In this document: positions 51,428 through 64,000 of the stretch, piece after piece
How the letters are laid out: the number at the start of each line of letters is the position of its first letter
How positions within the stretch are numbered: the stretch's first letter is position 1
From: Vicugna vicugna
Taxonomy: Eukaryota
DNA length: 64,000 nt
Assembly: GCA_013265495.1 (NCBI GenBank)
Contig: MU058781.1
Coordinates: 6,476,522 to 6,540,521 of the forward strand
Direction: 5' to 3'
Program-made: the position numbers and the translations under genes
The notes under the pieces: model-generated
What the model was told of the DNA's origin: nothing
Database searches by the model: none
The model's input: only the letters and a program-made list of their open reading frames with translations

Positions 51428-52933
51428 GTAAGTTCTTTTCTTAGCTTGATCTACTGTGTACTTATGAAAATAATTTTTAAGTATAGTAATCAGTATAATT
51501 CATAACTTACACCATTTGATACAGTATTTTTTAAGATGTTGGTTCTTCATGGCATATAACAAATGGTAATAGTTTATTCAATAAAAGTTTGAGTGTTTTC
51601 AATTATGGTGTAGACCCCTCTTCAGTATACATTTTAAAGATTAAGCATTTCATGAACTGTTAAGTCATGACAGTGAGAGGCTTCGGGCGTGGACGCCGTC
51701 CCTGTCGGTGCCCCGCGCCTAGCTTTCCTGGTGTCTAGGGCTGTGGATGCTGGGTTTAGTGACTTACCTGCCTTGAAGCCTCCGTTTAGTAATACCTGTC
51801 ATTATCCCATCTTGAACTGGCAGTAAGAGTTCTGACAACTATACGTGTGTGCACCCTGCTCCTGCTCTTAAGTGCTAGCACTTGTAATACCCCCAGTACT
51901 CATGGCCAGCTGTGGCATCTGTCTCTGGGGGGAGGTACAACGGTGATCATGGAAGTTGTGGAGGTGAGGAGGTGGTCATCGGCTGAGCAGAACAATACGG
52001 GCTGGAATTCCGCCAGCATGATTCAGCGTTAGGTTGTTACGTAAATGTAAACAAAAAAGACTCTAGAAGAAGCCTTGATTTCACTGACATCTTGAAAATT
52101 CCCTTACGTTTCTGTGATTATAGTAATCTTGGCTGTTACTTTTATGGCTAATGTTTATTGAGCACCTCATATACCAGGCACTGTTAAAAACACTGCGTAT
52201 GTATTAACTAATTCAGTCCTAACAACCTTGTAAGATAGGTTCTCTGGACACTATTACCCTTTTTATTACAGATGTGGGACACAACTAGTAGTTGGTAGAA
52301 ATGAATCTGAAACCATCTAGTCTGGATTCAGAGCCCACTGTGCTTTTCTGCAGCTGTTCACTGCACTGAAAGGCAGAAACACAACACTAGTAGGGTAACT
52401 TTCCATTGAGCTATCATTGAAAGCTTTTTAAAGCATTCCTTAATCACAGGACCCCAAAAAGAAGAGAGCTGATAAAAGAATACAGAAATCTGAAATGCTG
52501 ATGCTCTTCATAGAAGGTAGAAAATGGGGCTGCAATAAGCACACTCAGTTTAGAAGACAGTGAAAACACACGAAAAGTAGAGATACTAAAAGTAATGAGT
52601 GACGATAGGAAAGGTAAGTAAAGGGGAACGGCTACTCTCTTCTGGCAAAATACTATAAACTTTATTTCACATTCTAAGATATACTTACTGTGGTCTTTCA
52701 TGTGAAAGTTCTAAAGTCTAACTTTTATGTTACGAAGGCTTTACAACTACCCCAGGTAGTTTGATCATAAGCATAATGCTACTTGAAAGTAGTTCAGATA
52801 TCAAAGTTAAAAATTCTCTTAATTGTGCTTTGACTGTGTTTTAAATATATTTTAAACTTGATAAAATACTACTAATTAACATGTCATTGGTATACATCAA
52901 TCATCTGATTTTTTTTTTGCTTTAATTTTTTAG

Positions 52934-53078
52934 GTCCACTATACGAGCTTTGATCAAGAATTTTTCTATTGCTTCTTTTTTCCCTGCTTTCATCACACTG
53001 CTGTTTTTTCAGCATAATCGAACAGCCTATGACATTGTAGCAGGAACCATTGTAGTAAAAAGAAATGGGGTTAGATGA
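52934..53078 (+). CDS. FAM8A1: FAM8A1 exon 5 coding part
   Basis: ttttag|G; STIRALIKNFSIASFFPAFITLLFFQHNRTAYDIVAGTIVVKRNGVR*; spliced CDS 1209 nt = 402 aa. Confidence 0.96.
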
Positions 53079-56000
53079 TGCCCAAAAAAGCCCTGAATTC
53101 CAAGCTCTCTGGAGTAATGCAAGACTAAATTACAATGTATCAAGGCCATCAGTCTCCCTGGGTTACATTAATTGATGATTTAGAAATTAAAGCAGTCACT
53201 CCAGTGTGATGCAGGTGACTATGCTGAAAGTATTGCTTTTACTGGAATGCCAAAGAACTTTCCCAGAAGAAAAACCTGTTAAATACAAGTGTTAAAATTT
53301 TTAGATCCAAAAGAAGGCAAGTGGTGTCATAATCAACGACAGTATGTGCTTTTTTAACATCTGAGGTGTTAGAATTTGCTGAAAGCATTTTCAGCTTTGA
53401 AATTCCCAAATGAGACTTTTAAAATTTATTTTGGTTTATCCCAGAATGATGGAAAAATGTCCAGTTGTGTTTTGTAAACACATTCATCTTTTAGTTACCA
53501 CCACTTGGGGAAATTTTTGTCTTTGCTCTTGGGTGGGGAGGGAGTGGGGACACAAATTGGATAATCCATTTAGCTCCCATCCCGGGAGGTGCTGAGTTAG
53601 CGGTAGGAGAAATGGAAAAGTAAGGCCGGCTTAGCAGTGCCCTAACCTGAAATTTTAAAATCTGTACTGCAGTTTACTGCGGGAATGATGTAATTTCACA
53701 ACTATTAAGTATTTTGGGGGGCAAGGTTTGCATGATGATGAAAAAAGTATTAAGTCATATTGTGCTATATTAATTATTGATTTTTTTTTTAAAGAAAAGG
53801 TTAAGTTAGTGATTACTTTCAATGGGGTGTGGGGTGGTGAGTAAATTTTCTCTGTAAATTTAAATTCATGTGCAAGTGTTTTCAAGTGCCCTGAGTCATC
53901 AAACTATAAATATGTGGGGGGAAATTAACTTCCATCAAACTGTTGCATATTTACTGTAAAACTATTCCCAGTATGTACGCAGCATGAAGAAAGTATTAGT
54001 GCTTCTCAGTGTTCTGAATATAACTTCTCTTTATATACAGGATATTCACATACTAGTTAGTTTCCTTTTCTTACATTGTTCCATAACTCTGAAACATAAA
54101 GGATTAAATAATCTTAGTATTTCATGATTAAATAAATATTAGGAGTTTGTGAAATACTAGCAGTTTTCGCACTATGGACTGACTATTCTCTGTGACAAGG
54201 AAGAGCAGCGTTTCCAAACATTATTCTAAGTTCTTTGGTTCTTTGGGCCAATGGCTCATTTGGGGCCTGCCAGGGATGACGTTTAGAGAAGGAAATGTTA
54301 AGTAACACTTTGTCTATTATTATTTTAATTTATTATTCTGTTGCAAATTGGTAATGTGTGTGAGTGCTTTTGTTGCCGGCCCAGTTTAGCAGTGCTGAGA
54401 TAGATCTGACTAGAACTTGTTTCTTAAGCATCTTCTGCTTCTGATAGTATTTTCTAAAAAAACAAAACAAAACAAAAACAAAAACCCACTAAACTATAAT
54501 TGGACAGTTCATAACTAGGTTGCTTACAGGATCAATCTAGGCTTTATTTTGGTCCTAATAGCAAATACATTTGCTATTACTGTATTAATTTTTAAAGTGG
54601 GTTTTTTTTGACATTTAAAACTGAAAATATTCATATTTGTTTATAGAAACCTTAACAGTGTCCTTAATACCTTTTTTTATTATGAAACTTCATAAGCCAT
54701 GTTTTTCAAAATAATTTTATATTAAATCCAACGTCACAGACAGCCTGTTAGATAAATGTGTCAAAATGTTAAACAGATGATTCATTTGTAGCCTCTGGGA
54801 AGATAAAAAGTGTCATACTGCCGTTCACGGTAAACAGACCAAAACAACCCATTTTTAAAGTTAGACTAGAAATTAGGAAGTGTTATACACGTTAGCATCG
54901 GCGTATATACCCCTTTGCCCTCATTGGGAACTTAAGTTGAAATGTGCCCTTTTGCCGTGCAGTTCTGGAATACATCCTTAATGTATAATTTTCTCTCAGG
55001 TCATATGGATGGTTCAGCACCTAGGTTATTTTTATTTGTATAGTAAACCAAAAGCAAATAATGTAGTCCAGTCTGTTTTATACTTTAAAACATTGCACAT
55101 TTGCTATACACAGCGATTCATATTAGCACCTACATAGGTGCATTTAGCTCAAGTTCAGGATTCAGGTTAGACCGTTGAGCCCTGTCAAATAAGAAGTATT
55201 ATATACTTTGCCTTTACAACAAAATCCAGGTCTGTTTCTGCACTTCGGGAGATTTTTGATTCCCAGATTGTAGGGGGAAGAAGGGCTTGAGGAGAGTGGA
55301 GCCTATTTTTCAGTATTTTGCGTATTTCATTTATAGAAATGCTGACTTTTCTGTGTCAACACAGAATTCTCATACTGATGCTTTATAGCCTCAAAAGGCA
55401 AAAAGAAAGTTGTCTTCATAGTATAAATATTATTCATCACTTTTACAAAATAAGGGAACAAAAATTAGGACTCATGCTAAGAACACAGCTTGAATATAGT
55501 GAATAGGCCACACATGAAACCACGGAACAGGCAGTTCATTTAGGCATCTAGAAAATCTACGCATTACTAAAAGTAGCCTGAGTGGCTTGTGCACGTTGAG
55601 AAAAGTCTGACACACTGAGTGCATCCTGGGCCTCGGTAGGTGAGTTTGAGACATGGCAAGCAGGCCATGCTTTTAACCTTATCTGTGACCAGAGAGAGCC
55701 AACACTTCCGACAGTCATGGCACTGGTTCAGAAGTTACTTCTTCCCACCACAACATTCACCTTCCAGTTTCACCCAAATACTTAGGATTAAAAAAACATA
55801 TTTGAGGGCTACTTTGTCTAAATTTATAAAAATGAGTTGTTTCAAATGACAGTAAAAACTGTTTTAGCTCTAAAAGAAGGATTTGTTCCCTTAAGTGACT
55901 TGAGTGTTTCACTTACGCATAAATACTTCCAGTAAAAGGAAGGTACAAAGGAGGTGAAAGTTAATTTAAACCACTTGCTACTTGAATAAAAGGACATTTT

Positions 56001-56355
56001 AAGGAGTATGGGGAGTATTAAATATTTTCATTCTACACTCATCCCTATGAAAACAGTACTGTTTCTTTCAAAAAATATGCCTGAATAAATAGCAGTATTC
56101 CTAAAATCTGACAAGTATTTCAGTTACTTGCAATTTCCCACCCTCCATAACCAAAGGCCAAAATCTTTGCAGTATGTACTTGCCTGGGTGAAATTCCTCA
56201 TCTCAAACTGTTTATTTCCTTGCAGTTCTTTACAGTAGGGCTTGAGCCATAAACAGTATCTGATGGCCTGCCTATAAATAAAGTTCAACATTCTATTTTT
56301 AGTAATTTGTATGCCACCAATTTGTATTGTCTCAATAAATACCTGGTCTCCAATG
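53079..56355 (+). other. FAM8A1: FAM8A1 3'UTR (~3.3 kb)
   Basis: Repeat-poor AU-rich sequence ending in AATAAA at 56277-56282 and 56334-56339, then a GT-rich element. Confidence 0.7.
56334..56339 (+). terminator. FAM8A1 polyadenylation signal
   Basis: AATAAA with downstream tgcttgtgttctgcctgtttcttt. Confidence 0.65.
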
Positions 56356-57127
56356 CTTGTGTTCTGCCTGTTTCTTTGAGGTTTGCTCTACAATCACTTG
56401 CTTCCAATACAGCTTGCTCTAGCATCCTCTGCCTTCAGAAGAGTGCTGTCAGAAATAGAGGTCTATCAAAAACTCATGCACTTTGAGATACATTCTTTTA
56501 GCAAGTCATTTAGAAGTTAGCTGTAGATGACTAAGCTTTTAATGTAATGTTTTTAATGTTCAGCTAACCCTATCCTTCCCTTAAACTTGTTAAATCTTTC
56601 CAGCCACTGTGCAAGATATTAAGGGACCTATACTACACATGAGGAATCAGAATTCACAGTCTCATGGCAGGTAAAAGACTGAGCTGGGCAATGTAATCCT
56701 AGTCTGATTTTACAAGCACCCCCATTCTAACCTTTACAAACTAGGATAGGATAGAAAACAGGTTCCTTAAGAGGGATAAAGATAATAAAGGATAAACTTT
56801 AAACGTGGTTAAACTATGGCCTGGTCTCAGTCCTGTAGACGATGTGTTTGTTAGAAGCTCAGCCGCCAACTACACATTCTGGAACCACAGTGGACTTGAG
56901 GCAGGCTGCCCCGCATTACAGGGAGAGGAAGGCTCTGACGTGGTGTGCTGCTGGTGTGTGTAGCCAGCCCCAGCACAACTTTACTGTACCAACTTTGTCA
57001 GTTTCCACTAAATAGGCCAGCCAATGACATACTAATACAATTAAACACAAGTCCTTCCTCAAGGGCTGCACCAGGAAGCTTTACAGCCTGGTTACAAATT
57101 GTTAAAAGTTGGTTCAACACTTAACAA

Positions 57128-57313
57128 GGGGAAGCCTTCAAGATGGTGGAACAGACGCACATGGAGCTCTCCCTCTCCCACAAATACATCAAAAATACAC
57201 CTACGTGTGGAAGAATTCTCACAAATACCTACCGAACTCTGGCAGAAGAGATCTTACACAGAAGAGCTACAAGAAAAATCTTCACGTAACTAACTGGGTA
57301 GGAGGAAAAAAAA
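57128..57313 (+). mobile_element. Isolated L1 5'-terminal fragment ending in an A-run
   Basis: caagatggtgga...cccacaaatacatcaaaaatacacctacgtgtggaa...ctggcagaaga...actgggtagg plus A-run; resembles the recalled cetartiodactyl L1 5' end. Confidence 0.65.
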
Positions 57314-58619
57314 CACATTTCAAGTAATAAAATCCTAATTACATTAACAACTTCAGGAAAGAAATTTGCAACAAGTACTAACAGCTAGTTTAAAGACTTA
57401 TTTCCGTTGTCTGAATTGTACTTTTTCTTTCTTAATGCCCCAAACTGTAACTTAATCAAAACAACCCAGGACTTAAAAAAGTGGTGTGCCTGGACCGCGT
57501 GTATCCGAAGTCTTCCAGGCGCTTATTTAATGATTTTTGGACCCTATCTAGATCCAGTGAGTCACGAATCTCTGGTGAGGAAGACCTAGCATGTACATCT
57601 GACACACCCCCACCACCAAGCATGCTGATGTGCACTGAGAACGGGCGACCATGGGTGACCCCCTTCTGAAGCAACCAAACTGTATAAACATACCTGGTTA
57701 TTCAGTCTTTCTGCATACGGTTTTCTTACCTTCGGAGATTATTTTCAGTTAAATTCCTCACTGGTCCAGCTTGAGAAAGTGGGCTTTTGTTGTTTTCTTG
57801 CCATCGTGTTTCCCCTTCCACAAACAGCGCTCGACTTCCACTTGCGTACGGAGCATGGAACCCGAGCCTGGCTGTGGCTGCCGTTACAGCTGCAGGGAGT
57901 GGGTCAGCAGTGGGTCTACAGCCTGAGCCAGTCTGGTAAGGAGATACCTCTGCTGGGCTAAGTTGGGAAGGTTTGAGGATGGAGCTGCTACCACGAATAT
58001 ATTCTACAGCTGCCACGTGCAGCCCGAGAGTTACAGCAATCAAGATGAAAACGGAAGTCCTAAATCCTGAATACAGCCCTAAACATTTTAAAGTTCTGAA
58101 TTTAGACTCAACCAGAAGTGTAGCAAAATAAAGTCGCCACAAAATAGCTGTACATTCAAATTGAAGACTAAGATTATCAAATGCTGTCCCAAGAGCTCCT
58201 TTATGGACCATAGGAGAGAAATCTAGTTAAAAAAAAAAAATTTGGTAAAATAATCCAAAAGAAATTCCACAAAGGGTCACTGAAGTTTTGGGGGGTTTAC
58301 TTTGGGCATGTGCCTCTAAGAACTCGATCAAGAAACACTGTCCAGTCACCTATCAAGGAAGATACAAGTACAAACAGAAACGGTTGTGTGTGTTTATTTT
58401 CAACTTTTAAAAAGGTATGTCACTTTATATGCAAAGTAGGCATGATTCCTAGCACCAGACAAAAAGCAGGCTACCTTCTGACACTTCTCCTTCACTTAGG
58501 AGTTGTCCCAATCACTTCAATGTATTCTTTGGAATTTCTCTTCTGACCACTGTAAACCTTTATAAAAAGGTTTCCTTTCATTAACACTCGTACCTTCACT
58601 AGGAGTTAACACTAGAACA

Positions 58620-59668
58620 AAAAGTATTTCATAATCTTTTATTGATGGCATTTATCCCATGGTTTAACATGTTAATTATACTGTAATAAACATGGCTTTA
58701 ATATTAAACTTTTCCTTATTATCCAAAGTCACCACAGTCCATTTCAGTAAATATAAAAATATATGCTTAATACTTTGTACAATACTGGTTTTTGGTCCAA
58801 ACAAAACTGGATCAGAAAAGCCAATAAATTCACTTTAAGAATCCCCAATTTTTTTTTAAAGATTTCCAAATGGATTTAGGCAACTTTGAATAATGGGATT
58901 TACATAATAAAATCTGAGACAAGACTAAACAAACAACAAAAAAATTTTCTAACACAAAATTAAAATTTCAAGTTCACAGATTTATGTTATGCCAAAAAAG
59001 TACAGAAACAAAACTGTATTTACACAAGTTTCATAATAAAATAATGAAAAAGGCAAGACAGGTGATAGTCAGAAGAATGACAATATAGAAATAGCATATA
59101 ATTATTAAATGGAGAACGAACTAGATCTAACAAGTCCTTACCACGGACCATTCTTTAATCAGGCTTCTTCTATCAGAAAATTTTAGTGCACAATACACCC
59201 AACTCACTCACTTCACACATACACCAGCACAAACTCAGCATAGAAATCATTCATTTCAATATCCTCTAATCTATACAGAATTCCTCAGATATAATTACAA
59301 TTTCGATGCGTTCCACAAACGCATGTCAACGCACACGTGGTGCAGACGAAGAAGTCTATACAAAGCCATTCTCCGCGCAGGCTCTATCCTGGGTTCAGCC
59401 AGCCAAGGCCAAATCAGTGAATAATCTGTTGGATCATAAAATATTTTTGCTGAGAATCAGTCACCAGTCTAGCTATTATTTTTTAAAAAGGAGGTGGGAG
59501 AGGTGAGGTTGGGGCTTCTGTAAAGAAAGAAAAAGGAGGAGAATTCCACAATTAAAGAAGTCCTTGGGCAGATCTGAGTTCAGATAACCCAGCACACAGT
59601 ACAAGTCAGTATGTGAAAGCAGGCCACCAGCTGTTGTTAGAACGGTGTGAATACCACCACCATGACCT
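58620..59668 (-). other. NUP153: NUP153 3'UTR
   Basis: Follows the stop codon; minus-strand AATAAA at 58638-58643 (tttatt on +). Confidence 0.78.
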
Positions 59669-59753
59669 TTATTTCTTGCGTCTAACAGCAGTCTTTATCT
59701 TGCGACCAGAAACTGAAGTTCCAGAAGAAGAGAACACATTTTTCCCATTTGAC
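59669..59753 (-). CDS. NUP153: NUP153 last exon, basic C-terminus
   Basis: ttcacag|G; SNGKNVFSSSGTSVSGRKIKTAVRRKK*. Confidence 0.96.
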
Positions 59754-60084
59754 CTGTGAAAAATAAAAACTTCATAATGTGACGTGATGCTGAGAAAATT
59801 TCACAATCATAACACTAAGTGTGACCAGTAACGGGGAACACTGTTCAAGCAAGCAGTGCTTTCTGTTCCGCGTGACACCCTCAACATCCACCCCCCACAC
59901 ACACCCTCCTGCTGTTTTTCCCAGGCTATGATCCTCCAAAATTGTAACATGGCACACTGATGGAGAACATACTTGATTTTACCTGAACTGCACAGCACCT
60001 TGGTGACTTTAAAAACACACATGCTGAAATACACGTACATGCCCTCATCATGTTAAATTCTCCATTTCAACAGAGTTTTCTTAC

Positions 60085-60253
60085 CCCACAGTAAACACCG
60101 CTGGAGATGGGTTAAATGGAAAGCCCCCCGAGCCGGAGGGCTGGGCCGAGGCTGCAGGTGTGCTGGGATTCGCACCAAATGTGAATACTCCTGATGGATT
60201 ATTGTTTGTGAAATTGAAACTTGTAGTGCTGCTGCCAAATTGGAAAGCAGAAC
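60085..60253 (-). CDS. NUP153: NUP153 penultimate exon, FG-repeat region
   Basis: gttatag|GT ... GG|gtaaga; 169 nt; SAFQFGSSTTSFNFTNNNPSGVFTFGANPSTPAASAQPSGSGGFPFNPSPAVFTV. Confidence 0.96.
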
Positions 60254-60469
60254 CTATAACAGAAGCAGAAGAACTTCATTAAGGTAAAAACGCTCACTTT
60301 CCTAGTAATGACTCAGACCTTTAAATACAAAAACAGATAAAGGGTTAAGCTCTCTTAGGGTCACTTAAAGAAAATTAAAATTAAGTATTTTCTCCATTGT
60401 CACATAGTACATACCTGACACCTTCCAACAACTGACCCAGCTTACCCATGACCGAGGGGAAAGGGCAGA

Positions 60470-62830
60470 GTGGACTTCCGGTTAAAGATAGCAAAGTCAA
60501 CAAACACACAACTCTATCTTCTGCAAAAATTATGTTACGGTAACAATAAAGGGATTTTTACAAAGACAGGGAAAGAGGAGACAAGAGCACCAAATTTAGA
60601 AGCTGGGAGGTTGGCTGGAGCCAGACACAAAACTAGCAGCAAGGGAGAGCCACAGGAGCCACGCCGCTGACACTGAACATTCTCAGAAGTGCACGTTCCA
60701 GGTTCTTCTTCAAGTGAGAAGAAAGGGGTGACTGGAAAAACAAGGGTGGGGGGTAGAAAACCCATTTAAGAAGCAGATACCCAGGTCAATGCCTCCCCAG
60801 CACCAAACAGGATGATAACTTCCCCCCTCGACCTCAGCAGAAGAGCAGAACTTCCGTCTCTAGAGAGGCCCCTGGACTGGGGCAAGGGGACCATACTGAG
60901 GAGAGGAGGAGGATGAGGAGGTGGATGTGATGAATACTGAGACCTGCAGCCCCCCTCCCGGACTCAGCTCCCAGAGGACTGTCCATCGTGAGTGCACGTG
61001 CCCTCCAGGCAGGAGGCTGGAGGGACCTTCTCTGTGGAATCTCACAGTCTAAAAGGAAAGACCTAAAGACACTACCACCCAGGTCTCCCCAGGCAAACAG
61101 GCCAGGTAAATAAAGCTACAACGACATTCAAGATCCGTAAGCCCTATCCATGTACAAAGAATGATCAAGGGGTATATACTTAGGTGCCCTGCCCTGATTT
61201 AAAAAAAAAAAAATCACACAAAAATAAAACAAACAAAACCCCCAAATAACCAAATTTAAAAATACGCAAACAACTTGCATAGATATTTATCCAAAGAAAA
61301 CATACAAATAGCCAACTGGTGTATGAAAAGATGCTCGCCCTCCCTGATCATCAGGAATATGCAAATCAAAACCACTAGGAGGTGTCACGTCACACCCCTC
61401 AGAATGGCTATTACCAGAAAGATAGGAAATAACAAGATAGGAAATAACAAGCAGGCTGTGGAGAAAGGGGAACTCTTGTGAATTACTGGCAGGAATGTAA
61501 GTTGGTGCAGCCACTATGGAACAGTATTGGAGGTTCCTCAAAAACTGAGAAATTAAAAAAAAAAAAAAACTTAGAAATAGAACTGTCTTATGATCTAGCA
61601 ATCCTATTTTGGTCATTTACCCGAAAGATTTGAAATTCTGACCTCAAAAAGGTACGACTCTCTTATTCACCGCAGCATTACTCACAATGGCCAAGACACA
61701 GAAACAACCTAAATGTCCACCGACAGATGCAGAGAGAAAGAAAAACTGTGTATTATTAATCTTGGACTATGGGAAATCCCGGACGCGTCTAGAGGACATA
61801 GATGTTATGCTAAGTGAGACAAGCCAGTCACAGACGAACATGCACTGCGTGATTTCACTGCCATGAGGTCTAAAACAACCCAACTGCGGAGGGCTGGGAG
61901 AAGAATGGTGGCTGTGGAGGAAGGGAGCTGCTATTCAGCAGGTATGAACTTTCAGTTCTGCAAGAGATCTGGGACAACGTCGTGCCTACAGTCCACAACA
62001 CTGCCTTGCGTGCACTTCGTTTGTTCACAGGAGAGACAGATCTCACGTTAAACATTCTTACTACAATTTACAAACAGCAACAACAGACCCCACCAAGCAC
62101 TGCAAGTCAGGAAGCACCAGACATTTGAGGGAAGTGTCTCATAAGCGAAAACAATAATAAGAAAAAGAATTAGGAGAAAACTAGCTAAGCAAAAGCATTA
62201 AGAAAAAACAAGCAAAGAAAACCAACCTCATCATTAACATCCTTAAACAATCAATAGGTAACAATTCTAAAACAGAAGCAGAGGATATAAAAAGGAAACA
62301 TCTACAGAGAATAGAGGACCATTTGGAAATTAAAAAGTAATACTAGCCGAAGTAAAAATCTCAATAGGTGTGGTTAAAGACAAATTGAAGAAATCTCTCC
62401 AGAAAGTACGACAAAGACAAAAAGTGGAGGGAAAGGGGAAAGTTAAAAAAACAATTTTTTTAAAAGCCAATATGGGGGTTAGAGGAGACAGAGCAATTCT
62501 GGGAGCCAAAATGTCCACAATGGAGAAATGTTTTCAAAATTACGAAAATGATTTCCAATCTAAATCTACATTCTACCAAAATGTTACCAAGCATGGGGGC
62601 AGAATAAAGATCCTTCCAGAAATGTAAGGTCTCAAAATTTTCTTCTTTGAGCCCTTGAGAAAGAAAGATAAACTCTCTCAAAACAAGGGAATAAGAAGGA
62701 AGAAGTCACGATATCCAGGAAACAGATTCCTGTAAGAGGAAGCTAAAAGGAATCCGTTAGAATGGTTTTTAAAGAGACCCCCAAGACCATGAACAGCAGG
62801 CCCAGGAAGCCCAGTGGCAGGAACAGGTTA
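60470..62830 (+). mobile_element. Old L1 5'/ORF1 debris with a nested L1MA/MB 3' fragment (~61200-62075) in a NUP153 intron
   Basis: gacttccggttaaagat start; ORF2 C-terminal peptide SKENIQIANWCMKRCSPSLIIRNMQIKTT. Confidence 0.7.
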
Positions 62831-62842
62831 AAAATTATGTGA

Positions 62843-64000
62843 AGACCACCATCACCCTGATACCATAACCAGACAAAGATACCACGAAAAAAGAAAATTA
62901 CAGACCAATATCACTAATGATCACATACGGAAAAATCCTCAACAAAATATTAGCAAACCACATCCCAGAATACATTAAAAGGGTCACATACCATGAACCC
63001 CAGGGATGCAAGGATTTTTCAATATCCAAAATCCAATGTGACACACCACGTTAACAAACTGTAATAAAACTGAATAAAAATCATATGATCATCTTAATAG
63101 ATGCAGGAACAGCTTTTGACAAAATTCAACATCCATTTGTGATAAAACCTGTCCAGAAAGTGGGCAAAGAGGGAACATACCTCAACATAATAGAGGCCAT
63201 ATTTGACCACCCACAGCTAACACCATACTCAACTGAAAGCATTTTCTCTAAGATTTAGAACAAGACAAGGGTGCCTACTCTCACCACTTTTATTCAACAT
63301 AGTATTGGAAGTCTTGGCCACAGCTATCAGAGAAGAAATAAAGGGAATCCAAATTGGAAAAGAGAACTGTCATTGTTTGCAGAAGACACAGTATTATACA
63401 TAGAAAATCCTAAAGATTCCACCAGAAAACTACTAAAGCTCATCAATGAACTCAGTAATGTTTCAGGACACAAAACTAATATATAGAAATCTGTTGCATT
63501 TCTATACTCAATAATGAAATATCAGAAAAAGTAATTAAGGAAACAATCCCATTTACCATCGCACCAAAAAGAATAAAATATCTAGGAATAAACCTACCTA
63601 AGGAGGTAAAAGATGTGTACTCGGAAAACTCTAAGACGCTGATGAAAGAAACTGAACACAAATAGATGGAAAAATACACCGTCTTCACGGATTAAAAGAT
63701 GTAATATTGTTAAAATGACTACACTATCCAAAGCAATCTACAGATTTAATGCAATTCCTATCAAAATACCCAGGGCATTTTTCACAGAAATAGAATAATT
63801 TTAAAATTTGTATGGAAACACATAAGATCCCAAATAGCCAAAACAATCTCGAGAAAGTACAGAGCTAGAGGAGTAACACTCCCTGGCTTCAGACTATACT
63901 ACAAAACTACAGTAATCAAAACAGTATGGTACTGACACAAAACCAGACACACAGATCAATGGAACAGAGCCCAGAAATAAACCCATACACTTATGGTCAA
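62843..64000 (+). mobile_element. L1 ORF2 reverse-transcriptase region, disrupted, runs off the window
   Basis: [49 protein letters not shown]. Confidence 0.93.

Noticed and set aside
57726..58211. 161-aa minus-strand ORF downstream of NUP153
   Set aside because: No recognisable homology or supporting gene structure; likely chance in the read-through zone.
1..64000. CRISPR arrays, operons, rRNA or prokaryotic systems
   Set aside because: Spliceosomal introns and mammalian repeats throughout; no repeat-spacer array seen.

Overview
Mammalian genomic DNA, most likely camelid: five tRNA-derived SINEs look like Vic-1. It is not prokaryotic and has no CRISPR or rRNA. Three intact genes are present: the last six exons of CAP2 (+, CDS 13883-24497, 3'UTR to ~25835), the complete five-exon FAM8A1 (+, CpG-island promoter, CDS 47111-53078, 402 aa), and the last two exons plus 3'UTR of NUP153 (-, ~58620-60253). 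Splice phases were checked by hand and join in frame. Most other sequence is L1, L2, MIR, MER5, MLT1 and ERV LTR debris. Four observations stand out. (1) A chain of largely phase-compatible, stop-riddled exon remnants on the minus strand between CAP2 and FAM8A1 suggests an unrecognised dead gene head-to-head with FAM8A1. (2) CAP2 appears to have lost its usual stop codon and gained a C-terminal extension. (3) A 3'-truncated RPSA retrocopy is split by a CpG-rich ERV1/MER41-like LTR carrying GAS, CRE and NRF1-like motifs about 6 kb upstream of FAM8A1. (4) Several retro-insertions have odd structures. Comparisons with human sequences and repeat consensuses are from memory, not from a search.
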